Below, one piece after another: positions 57,343-64,000 of a stretch of DNA of 64,000 bases. Location: sequence record KJ019143.1. One strand, given 5' to 3'. The notes under the pieces are model-generated. The model was not told the origin of the DNA and ran no database searches. It saw nothing but the letters and a program-made list of their open reading frames with translations. Both the position numbers and the translations under genes were made by a program. Position 1 is the first letter of the stretch; each line of letters opens with the position of its first letter.

Positions 57343-57349
57343 ATAAATA
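57343..57349 (+). promoter_or_regulatory. Late promoter (ATAAATA) for hsp20
   Basis: Downstream of the regA terminator, ~60 nt before the hsp20 ATG. Confidence 0.6.
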
Positions 57350-57408
57350 GATGAGTAGTTGCCACTCAGGGACTACACCTTATACATCTCGCTTATTAGG
57401 AGAAACAC

Positions 57409-57852
57409 ATGTCTGGATTAGCACGCTATTATGGTTCTGGGGATATTGAGAAGTTCCTCAAGGACGTTGATAAGTATTCAATCGGAATGGATGAATGGTT
57501 CCATAGGTTCGGAGCACTTCACCAAACAGAAGCAAACTACCCACCCTACAACGTTATTCAGGAGAATGCAGTCTCCTATCGTGTAGAGGTTGCAGTTGCT
57601 GGATTTGCAACAAAAGAACTAGAAGTATTCACAGAGAACAACAAACTCTACGTGGAGGGTCAGAAGGAACTGGCGGAACCTAAGGAGGGTGAGTCCTACG
57701 TTCATCGTGGAGTGGCTGCAAGGTCCTTTAAGAGGGTCTGGACCATCTCTGACGACGTGGAAGTGAAGGACGTGGAGGTTTCTAATGGTCTCCTCACCAT
57801 CCGACTCTCTCGTATCGTTCCTGACCACCAGAAGAGACGTTCCTATCTCTGA
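57409..57852 (+). CDS. hsp20: Small heat-shock protein Hsp20
   Basis: NYPPYNVI, EVAVAGF, HRGVAARSF, NGLLTIRL..IVPDHQK. Confidence 0.95.
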   Translation: MSGLARYYGSGDIEKFLKDVDKYSIGMDEWFHRFGALHQTEANYPPYNVIQENAVSYRVEVAVAGFATKELEVFTENNKLYVEGQKELAEPKEGESYVHRGVAARSFKRVWTISDDVEVKDVEVSNGLLTIRLSRIVPDHQKRRSYL

Positions 57853-57912
57853 CCTATATACCAGTGAGACTATTTTCTCCGGGAGTATTGATCTCCCAAA
57901 TATCGTCGCACC

Positions 57913-57965
57913 TGGGGGGTCCTGTCACAAAACAGGGTTGCCCCCTTTTTGGTGCATGTTATAAT
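57913..57965 (+). promoter_or_regulatory. GC hairpin/terminator plus extended -10 promoter of the gp43 operon
   Basis: G-rich/C-rich inverted repeat containing tgtcaca with a T run; TGtTATAAT at 57957-57965. Confidence 0.6.
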
Positions 57966-57980
57966 ATAGTATAAACTAAA

Positions 57981-58367
57981 ATGAACAATGATTATGATAG
58001 GGAACTTCCTTCCCCAACCGGATCTACGGGGGCAGTTGAACTAATGATTGAATCTATTGACCAGATGAGCAACAATGATCCAGTAGTAAAACTAGTTCTA
58101 CTGAAGAATAATGAAACTATTATTGCTGAGGTTCGTGAGAGTATCGATGGAAGTAGTGTTCAGCTCATTGACCCTCGTGTAGTTCTACTACAGGCAGCAA
58201 GACCATCTGATGACGGACAGACCACAACAACTGCCATCTCATATACCGACTGGTTACCTTTGTCTGAGAGTAGAAACTTCACTATTGCTGGTGATTATGT
58301 GGTCCTTATCACTGATCCCATTGAAAGTTTAGTAGAAAGTTATACACAGGCACGACAAAATGGATGA
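57981..58367 (+). CDS. Hypothetical protein, Sm-like fold candidate
   Basis: VKLVLLKNNETIIAEV...DP...YTDW. Confidence 0.65.
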   Translation: MNNDYDRELPSPTGSTGAVELMIESIDQMSNNDPVVKLVLLKNNETIIAEVRESIDGSSVQLIDPRVVLLQAARPSDDGQTTTTAISYTDWLPLSESRNFTIAGDYVVLITDPIESLVESYTQARQNG

Positions 58368-58641
58368 AACTATTAGAGTATTGGTCTTGACCAATGGAAA
58401 AGTCCTTATCAGTAAGATCGAAGAGATAGGAGGTGCTGATATCGGGGAGCCAGACTGCCGTCTAACCGACCCAGTATGGTATAATGATGAGGTGGAGGAA
58501 ATGACTGAAGGGTTCAAACGCTTTCCTGGTAAGGGGATAACACCCGATACCAAGTTGGCCATCTCTTCTGTCAATATCTTGACTCTGGTTACCCCAGATA
58601 ATAAACTCCTCAGTGAATACCTCGTGTTTATTAGTGATTAA
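58360..58641 (+). CDS. Hypothetical protein, Sm-like fold candidate
   Basis: IRVLVLTNGKVLISKIEE...DP; coupled to the gp43A start. Confidence 0.65.
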   Translation: MDETIRVLVLTNGKVLISKIEEIGGADIGEPDCRLTDPVWYNDEVEEMTEGFKRFPGKGITPDTKLAISSVNILTLVTPDNKLLSEYLVFISD

Positions 58642-60116
58642 TGTCTAACAAGTTCTACACCAATGTTCAGCTTTATGGTAACAACATCCTCCTACGCGGG
58701 TATGAGAACGGAGAGAAGTTTCACACTAGGGAACAATACTCTCCCACACTATATGTGAGTTCTAAGAAACCTAGTGAGTGGAAAACACTTACTGGTGAGA
58801 ATGTTCAACCAGTGAAACCCGGATCTATTAGAGATTGTAGGGATTTTATCAAGAAGTATAAAGATGTAGAGAACTTTAATGTGTTTGGTAATGAGAGGTT
58901 TGCCTTTCAATACATTGCAGACAACTATCCTGGGGAGATTGAATATGATCCTCAGTTGATTAATATCTTGAGTTTGGATATTGAGGTTGAGTCTGAACAT
59001 GGTTTCCCAGATCCAGAGTCTGCTAATGAGGAAGTACTACTCATTACTATTCAGGACTATGTTACCAAACAAATCATTACTTGGGGTCAGATAAAGCATG
59101 GGGAGTTTGATAACCAACAGGATAATGTAGATTTCCGTCCCTGTGAGAGTGAGTATCACCTACTGAGTGCCTTTATTCAGTGGTGGCAACAGAACCCACC
59201 TGATGTTATCACTGGGTGGAACATTGACTATTACGATATTCCATACCTCGTTAGACGTATGAAGAGGGTGTTGGGTGATAAACTAGCAAGCACTATCTCC
59301 CCTTGGAAGTTCGTAACAGACGAAGAGCACTTCTTCAAGGGTATGAATAAACTATATTATAATATCGCTGGTATCACCCAACTAGACTACCTAGTTTTAT
59401 ACACTAAGTTCACATATACGAACCAAGAGTCATACAGACTAGACCACATTGCTAATGTGGAGTTGGGTCAGCAGAAGTTAGACCACTCTGAGTTTGAAAC
59501 TTTCAAAGACTTCTACCGAAAAGGTTGGCAGAAGTTCGTAGAATATAACATCGTTGACGTGGAACTGGTTGATAGGATGGAAGAGAAGTTGAAACTCATT
59601 GACCTTGCCATCACTATGGCGTTTGATGCCAAGGTTAACTTCCAGGATGTATTCTCACAGGTGAGACTATGGGATACTATTATCTATAACTATCTCAGGG
59701 ATAGGAACATTGTTATCCCTCAGAAGGAACAGACTAGTAAGAGTGAGAAGTTCGCTGGAGCATATGTAAAAGAACCCAAACCCGGTCTATATGAATGGGT
59801 GGTGTCCTTTGACCTTAACTCCCTGTATCCTCACCTACTAATGCAATACAACATCTCTCCAGAAACATTGATGGAAGAGAGGTGTCCTAATATCTCCATT
59901 GAAAAGGTTCTCAATGAAGAAGTAACCTTTGAGATGTATAAAGACTATGCTGTTTGTCCTAATGGGGCAATGTATCGCAAAGATGTCCGCGGGTTCCTAC
60001 CAACCCTAATGGAAAAGATGTATGATGAACGAAAGGCGTTCAAACAAAAGATGTTGAAGTCCAAACAAATCCTCGTTGATATCGAGGCTGAAATGAAAAG
60101 AAGAGGTGTATTATGA
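58641..60116 (+). CDS. gp43: DNA polymerase gp43, N-terminal subunit (gp43A: exonuclease, motif A, first fingers helix)
   Basis: ExoI LDIEVESE, ExoII GWNIDYYDIPY, ExoIII YNIVDVELV, motif A SFDLNSLYP; TGA stop at 60114-60116. Confidence 0.93.
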   Translation: MSNKFYTNVQLYGNNILLRGYENGEKFHTREQYSPTLYVSSKKPSEWKTLTGENVQPVKPGSIRDCRDFIKKYKDVENFNVFGNERFAFQYIADNYPGEIEYDPQLINILSLDIEVESEHGFPDPESANEEVLLITIQDYVTKQIITWGQIKHGEFDNQQDNVDFRPCESEYHLLSAFIQWWQQNPPDVITGWNIDYYDIPYLVRRMKRVLGDKLASTISPWKFVTDEEHFFKGMNKLYYNIAGITQLDYLVLYTKFTYTNQESYRLDHIANVELGQQKLDHSEFETFKDFYRKGWQKFVEYNIVDVELVDRMEEKLKLIDLAITMAFDAKVNFQDVFSQVRLWDTIIYNYLRDRNIVIPQKEQTSKSEKFAGAYVKEPKPGLYEWVVSFDLNSLYPHLLMQYNISPETLMEERCPNISIEKVLNEEVTFEMYKDYAVCPNGAMYRKDVRGFLPTLMEKMYDERKAFKQKMLKSKQILVDIEAEMKRRGVL

Positions 60117-60271
60117 GTTTTCGTCACAAAACATATGGTGGTCTAGTTCATTATGACCACAATGATAAGATTATAGTCATTGAACGTCGATTGAATCCAA
60201 TGCAACACCACGCTATGCTTGTGAGTAAGTTGAAGGAAGAGTATCCAGAGTATCAAGTAGTTACTGGATAG
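60113..60271 (+). CDS. 52-aa intercistronic ORF within split gene 43 (not in the ORF track)
   Basis: MSFRHKTYGGLVHYDHNDKIIVIERRLNPMQHHAMLVSKLKEEYPEYQVVTG; ATGA overlap with the gp43A stop; GAGGTG Shine-Dalgarno. Confidence 0.6.
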   Translation: MSFRHKTYGGLVHYDHNDKIIVIERRLNPMQHHAMLVSKLKEEYPEYQVVTG

Positions 60272-60486
60272 TGAGTGGTTTAGTTGCTGAGATTATGCAA
60301 GTCGTTACTATGATTACTATGCTATTCAATATGTGCAATAGTAATGAGTTCAACAGACAAGCATGTATGAAAGACTGGGATACTTGGTTATTACCTGAGA
60401 TATCCCGTGCGTGGCAAATTAAAACAGGTCAGGAAGCCCCTTACCAAAACGAGGAAGATGTGGTAGAATGGCACCAACAGCAGTGA
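60271..60486 (+). CDS. Second intercistronic ORF within split gene 43 (hydrophobic N-terminus, two Cys)
   Basis: 71 aa from GTG 60271 (or ATG 60295); MQVVTMITMLFNMCNSNEFNRQACMKDW. Confidence 0.6.
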   Translation: MSGLVAEIMQVVTMITMLFNMCNSNEFNRQACMKDWDTWLLPEISRAWQIKTGQEAPYQNEEDVVEWHQQQ

Positions 60487-60487
60487 G

Positions 60488-61657
60488 GTGTTTATCGGTT
60501 ATCTTATTGGTGGTTCGAGTGAAGGACCCGATGAGGAGATTGTACAATCAGATAGTGACTATTCTAAACTATCTGATAAGCAACTGCAATACCTAAGAGC
60601 ACAAACCATAAAGGATATTGCTAAGTTTTATAACTTCCAGCAAGTAAGGAAAATTACCCTAAACTCCGCTTATGGTGCTTTGGGTAACCAATACTTCAGA
60701 TACTACAAACTGGCGAACGCGGAGGCAGTGACCTTCTCTGGTCAGTTAAGTATCCGTTGGATTGAGAATAAGATGAATGGATTCATCAATGAGATTCTAA
60801 AAACAGAGGGTAAGGATTATGTGATCGCCTCTGATACTGACTCTATCTACATTAACTTTGGTGATGTGGTAGATAAGTTCTTGAAGAAGTTTGATGGTGA
60901 TAAGGAGAAGACTGTATCAATGGTAGATAAGATCTGTAAGGATCAACTAGAACCCTTCATTGATAAGTGCTATTCTCAGTTGGGTGAGTATGTGAATGCA
61001 TACGAACAGAAGATGCAGATGAAGAGAGAGAATATTGCAGATAGGGGTATATGGACAGCGAAGAAGAGATATATCCTGAACGTGTGGGATAGTGAAGGTG
61101 TTCGTTATGAGGAACCTAAACTGAAGATGATGGGTATTGAGGCTGTGAAGTCATCTACACCTGCCCCTTGTAGAACTATGATCAAGGATGCTCTCCGTAT
61201 TATCATTGAGAAATCTGAGGATGAAGTCATTGACTACATTGATGATTGTAGGAAGAAGTTCAAACAGATGAAACCAGAGGAGATCGCGTTTCCTCGTTCC
61301 GTTAGTGATATGATCAAGTTTCGTTCTGGGACAACAATATATGCTAAGAGTACTCCTATGCATGTGAGGGGGGCGTTACTATTCAATCATCACATTAAGA
61401 AGGGTGGGTTGGAGAACAAGTATTCTCTCATCAATAGTGGTGAGAAGATCAAGTTCTGCTACCTCAAGATTCCTAATCTAATTGGTGAGAATGTTATCTC
61501 ATTCATCTCCGACTTTCCTAGGGAACTTAAGTTGGAGAAGTATGTTGATTATGATACCCAATTCAATAAAGCATTCCTAGATCCACTCAAGATCATCTTG
61601 GATGCTATTGGTTGGAACTGTGAGAAGCAGATGTCCTTGGAGTCATTTTTTACCTGA
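60488..61657 (+). CDS. gp43: DNA polymerase gp43, C-terminal subunit (gp43B: motifs B and C, thumb, clamp-binding tail)
   Basis: Motif B KITLNSAYG, motif C ASDTDSIY, KKRY, C-terminal QMSLESFF. The exact start codon is uncertain. Confidence 0.92.
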   Translation: MFIGYLIGGSSEGPDEEIVQSDSDYSKLSDKQLQYLRAQTIKDIAKFYNFQQVRKITLNSAYGALGNQYFRYYKLANAEAVTFSGQLSIRWIENKMNGFINEILKTEGKDYVIASDTDSIYINFGDVVDKFLKKFDGDKEKTVSMVDKICKDQLEPFIDKCYSQLGEYVNAYEQKMQMKRENIADRGIWTAKKRYILNVWDSEGVRYEEPKLKMMGIEAVKSSTPAPCRTMIKDALRIIIEKSEDEVIDYIDDCRKKFKQMKPEEIAFPRSVSDMIKFRSGTTIYAKSTPMHVRGALLFNHHIKKGGLENKYSLINSGEKIKFCYLKIPNLIGENVISFISDFPRELKLEKYVDYDTQFNKAFLDPLKIILDAIGWNCEKQMSLESFFT

Positions 61658-61685
61658 TATATAAAACCCCCAGAGGAGATCACCA

Positions 61686-61844
61686 ATGGAAAAACAAAAT
61701 CTAGCGATGGATCTATTCATCGAGTCTGTAATCAAACCAGACAGTGACCTTAGGGGTCAAGCATCAGAACAGGGTTGTCTAGAAGAACTATTGCAAATCC
61801 GTGATGATGTGATAAAATATCTTTATAACGAGAGGAAAAACTAG
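61686..61844 (+). CDS. 52-aa hypothetical protein (not in the ORF track)
   Basis: MEKQNLAMDLFIESVIKPDSDLRGQASEQGCLEELLQIRDDVIKYLYNERKN; GAGGAG upstream. Confidence 0.55.
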   Translation: MEKQNLAMDLFIESVIKPDSDLRGQASEQGCLEELLQIRDDVIKYLYNERKN

Positions 61845-61847
61845 TTT

Positions 61848-62081
61848 ATGGCGTTATCCCAATCAGTGGAGAATTCCCTCAGGGAGGCAAGTTCGTCCCT
61901 GAGGAATGCTCTAGCTTTTGCTGCCAGACAGGAGAGATCACATACCTGTCAGCATATTGCTAAAGTATTAAACGATATTGATCTTATTCAGAGAACGGAT
62001 GAGATGTTTGATACCCTTGATAGTATCAAGGATGGTAAGGGTGGTAGCAACCCATTTGGTAAATTTGGTTTTGATGAATAA
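61848..62081 (+). CDS. Conserved small hypothetical protein
   Basis: MALSQSVENSLREASSSLRNALAFAARQER; coupled to uvsX. Confidence 0.65.
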   Translation: MALSQSVENSLREASSSLRNALAFAARQERSHTCQHIAKVLNDIDLIQRTDEMFDTLDSIKDGKGGSNPFGKFGFDE

Positions 62082-63088
62082 TGGATTTCTTAAAGGATAT
62101 TGTAAATGAAATTGGTGGCGACTTCACTCAGATTGCCTCAGAGATTGAAGAAAACGAAACATACGTGGACACTGGTTCGTTCATCTTTAATGCTCTTGTA
62201 TCTGGGTCTATCTATGGTGGTGTATCTGGTAACAAGATTACTGCAATTGCTGGGGAAAGTTCTACTGGAAAGACTTTCTTCTCACTCGCCGTGGTCAAGA
62301 ACTTCTTGGATACTAATCCCGATGCATATTGCCTTTATTTTGATACTGAAGCTGCAATCAATAGAAACCTTCTTGAGTCACGAGGTATTGACCTTAAGCG
62401 GTTGGTTGTCGTCAATGTCGTTACAGTAGAAGAGTTTAGGATGAAGGCACTTAAGTGTGTCGATATCTACCAGAAGAAACCAGAAGACGAACGCAAACCT
62501 TGTATGTTTGTCCTAGATTCTCTGGGTATGTTGTCTACAGAGAAAGAGATCAATGATGCTCTGAATGACAAGAACGTTCGTGATATGACTAAATCACAAC
62601 TCATCAAGGGGGCGTTCAGGATGTTGACCTTGAAACTAGGTCAGGCTAAGATACCAATGATTGTTACTAACCATACCTATGATGTGATTGGTGCCTATGT
62701 TCCTACTAAGGAAATGGGTGGTGGTTCAGGTCTTAAGTATGCCGCCTCTACTATTATTCACCTCACTAAGAAGAAAGAGAAAGACGGTAAGGATGTTATT
62801 GGTAACATTATCAAGTGTAAGACAGCTAAGTCCAGACTCTCCAAAGAGAATACAGACGTAGGTGTTAGACTATTCTATGATGAACGGGGTTTGGATAAGT
62901 ACTATGGTCTCCTAGAACTTGGTGAGCTTGGTGGTATGTGGAAGAACGTAGCTGGTCGTTATGACTTGGGTGATGGTAAGAAGATCTACGCTAAAGAGAT
63001 ACTAAAGGATCCAGAGAAGTACTTCACCGAAGAAGTTATGGAGAAACTAGATGTTGTTGCTAGGGGAACATTCTCATATGGGTCATAA
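62081..63088 (+). CDS. uvsX: RecA-like recombinase UvsX
   Basis: AGESSTGKT, FVLDSLGML, TNHTY, MGGGSGLKYAAS. Confidence 0.95.
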   Translation: MDFLKDIVNEIGGDFTQIASEIEENETYVDTGSFIFNALVSGSIYGGVSGNKITAIAGESSTGKTFFSLAVVKNFLDTNPDAYCLYFDTEAAINRNLLESRGIDLKRLVVVNVVTVEEFRMKALKCVDIYQKKPEDERKPCMFVLDSLGMLSTEKEINDALNDKNVRDMTKSQLIKGAFRMLTLKLGQAKIPMIVTNHTYDVIGAYVPTKEMGGGSGLKYAASTIIHLTKKKEKDGKDVIGNIIKCKTAKSRLSKENTDVGVRLFYDERGLDKYYGLLELGELGGMWKNVAGRYDLGDGKKIYAKEILKDPEKYFTEEVMEKLDVVARGTFSYGS

Positions 63089-63093
63089 ACAAT

Positions 63094-63624
63094 ATGAGTG
63101 AGTATATCAAACACTATAGGGGAGTTCTAACAGATACATCTTGTGATGTTCTGATAGATGCTCTTCTGAGTGTAGATAGAAAGCATATAAAGGAACATCG
63201 AACAGATCGTAAAACATTTGATCAGGTGTTTCTTAATGCTGCAAATATGGATCTGATTCCAGGTATTACTAAAATAGTTGGTAATGTAATCAAACAATAC
63301 AAGATGGATGTTCCATACTTCACACAGTTCTTTCCCAAGGGACTGGAGATTGAAACACCAAAGGTCAAAGGTTACAGTCCTGGGGGACAATTCAAACCAC
63401 ATTGTGATGTAGATGCTACTTCCTGTCCAAGGTATCTTGCCTTTCTATTTTATCTTAATGATAATTTTACAGGTGGACAAACAGAGTTCTTACCTGGTAT
63501 AATGGTGGAACCTGTGAAAGGTTCAGTGGTGGTATTTCCACCCAACTGGCAACACCCTCATTGTGGATTACCAGTGGAGACTGGTAACAAATATATTATG
63601 TCAACTTATCTAAGATACGTTTAA
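63094..63624 (+). CDS. 2OG-Fe(II) oxygenase (prolyl-hydroxylase-like)
   Basis: PHCD, FLFYLNDNFTGGQTEF, FPPNWQHPHCG, KYIMSTY. Confidence 0.85.
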   Translation: MSEYIKHYRGVLTDTSCDVLIDALLSVDRKHIKEHRTDRKTFDQVFLNAANMDLIPGITKIVGNVIKQYKMDVPYFTQFFPKGLEIETPKVKGYSPGGQFKPHCDVDATSCPRYLAFLFYLNDNFTGGQTEFLPGIMVEPVKGSVVVFPPNWQHPHCGLPVETGNKYIMSTYLRYV

Positions 63625-64000
63625 TGGATCGAATTGAGAATTTAATACTAAGATCACTCTCACATAGTGAAGGGTTTTCTAGGAAGGTTATCCCCTTCAT
63701 CAAACCAGATTATTTCCATGATAATGCTGAGAAAGTTCTCTTCGAAGAAATTGCACAATACATTGTCAAGTACAACTCCAATGTTACTGTACAGGCTCTA
63801 AGTATTGAGGTGGAACAGAGAACCGATTTATCTGATAGTGATGTCAAAACTATCAGAACCATCCTAGATGACTTTGATGCAGTCACAGGAACTGATGAGT
63901 GGATGATTGATTCCACTGAGAAGTGGTGTAAGAAACAAGCAATCTACAACGCTCTTATGGAGTCTGTGAGTATTGCTAATGGAGATAGTCAGACTAAGGC
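63624..64000 (+). CDS. gp41: Replicative helicase gp41, 3' truncated by window edge
   Basis: MDRIENLILRSL...RKVIPFIKPDYF...TEKWCKKQAIYNALMES; TAATG coupling to the oxygenase. Confidence 0.9.
   Translation, partial: MDRIENLILRSLSHSEGFSRKVIPFIKPDYFHDNAEKVLFEEIAQYIVKYNSNVTVQALSIEVEQRTDLSDSDVKTIRTILDDFDAVTGTDEWMIDSTEKWCKKQAIYNALMESVSIANGDSQTK

Noticed and set aside
57352-57376. Possible RNA thermometer in the hsp20 leader (tgagt/actca vs gtagt/actac)
   Set aside because: The stems are only 5 bp and do not cover the AGGAG ribosome-binding site.
60108-60490. Group I intron interrupting gene 43
   Set aside because: The boundaries fit (U before, G at end, in-frame join), and aagattatagtc and tcaacagac resemble S and R elements. 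However, they are in the wrong order, I could not build a P7/P3 core, and the interval is fully occupied by two coupled ORFs. It is kept only as a testable alternative.
60105-60499. T4 gene 60-style ribosomal bypass between matching GGT codons
   Set aside because: The gap of ~390 nt is far longer than the known 50-nt bypass, the stop does not directly follow the take-off codon, and there is no take-off hairpin.
1256-63916. Numerous minus-strand and alternate-frame ORFs in the track (e.g. 25721-26032, 27765-28163, 49787-50182, 55128-55490)
   Set aside because: They lie within well-supported plus-strand genes, have no recognisable motifs or RBS, and look like shadow ORFs.

Overview
This window comes from a T4-like marine cyanophage (Kyanoviridae-type myovirus). 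All supported genes lie on the + strand. It opens inside a giant baseplate/structural gene. It then runs through the late morphogenesis cluster (gp8, VrlC-like, gp13-gp23), gp3/uvsY/uvsW and gp55/gp47/gp46. Next come a peptidase-VWA plus CobS/MoxR ATPase pair and the replication cluster (gp45, denV-like, gp44, gp62, regA, hsp20, gp43, uvsX, start of gp41). Accessory genes are two free-standing homing endonucleases (LAGLIDADG, GIY-YIG), a small outer-membrane beta-barrel, two 2OG-Fe(II) oxygenases and several small ORFs. The most notable observations are four. (1) The family-B DNA polymerase gp43 is split in the fingers domain into two intact genes, with two small ORFs between them. (2) A 936-aa basic modular protein is punctuated by prohead-protease-type Glu sites and may be a capsid-internal polyprotein. 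(3) A ~50-nt promoter-to-terminator element at 40818-40882 can fold into mutually exclusive terminator/antiterminator structures. (4) There is a near-consensus antisense promoter divergent from gp55 and a recurring palindrome-plus-hairpin promoter architecture. I saw no tRNA, rRNA or CRISPR array. Gene calls rest on recognised motifs and T4-like synteny, not on database searches.
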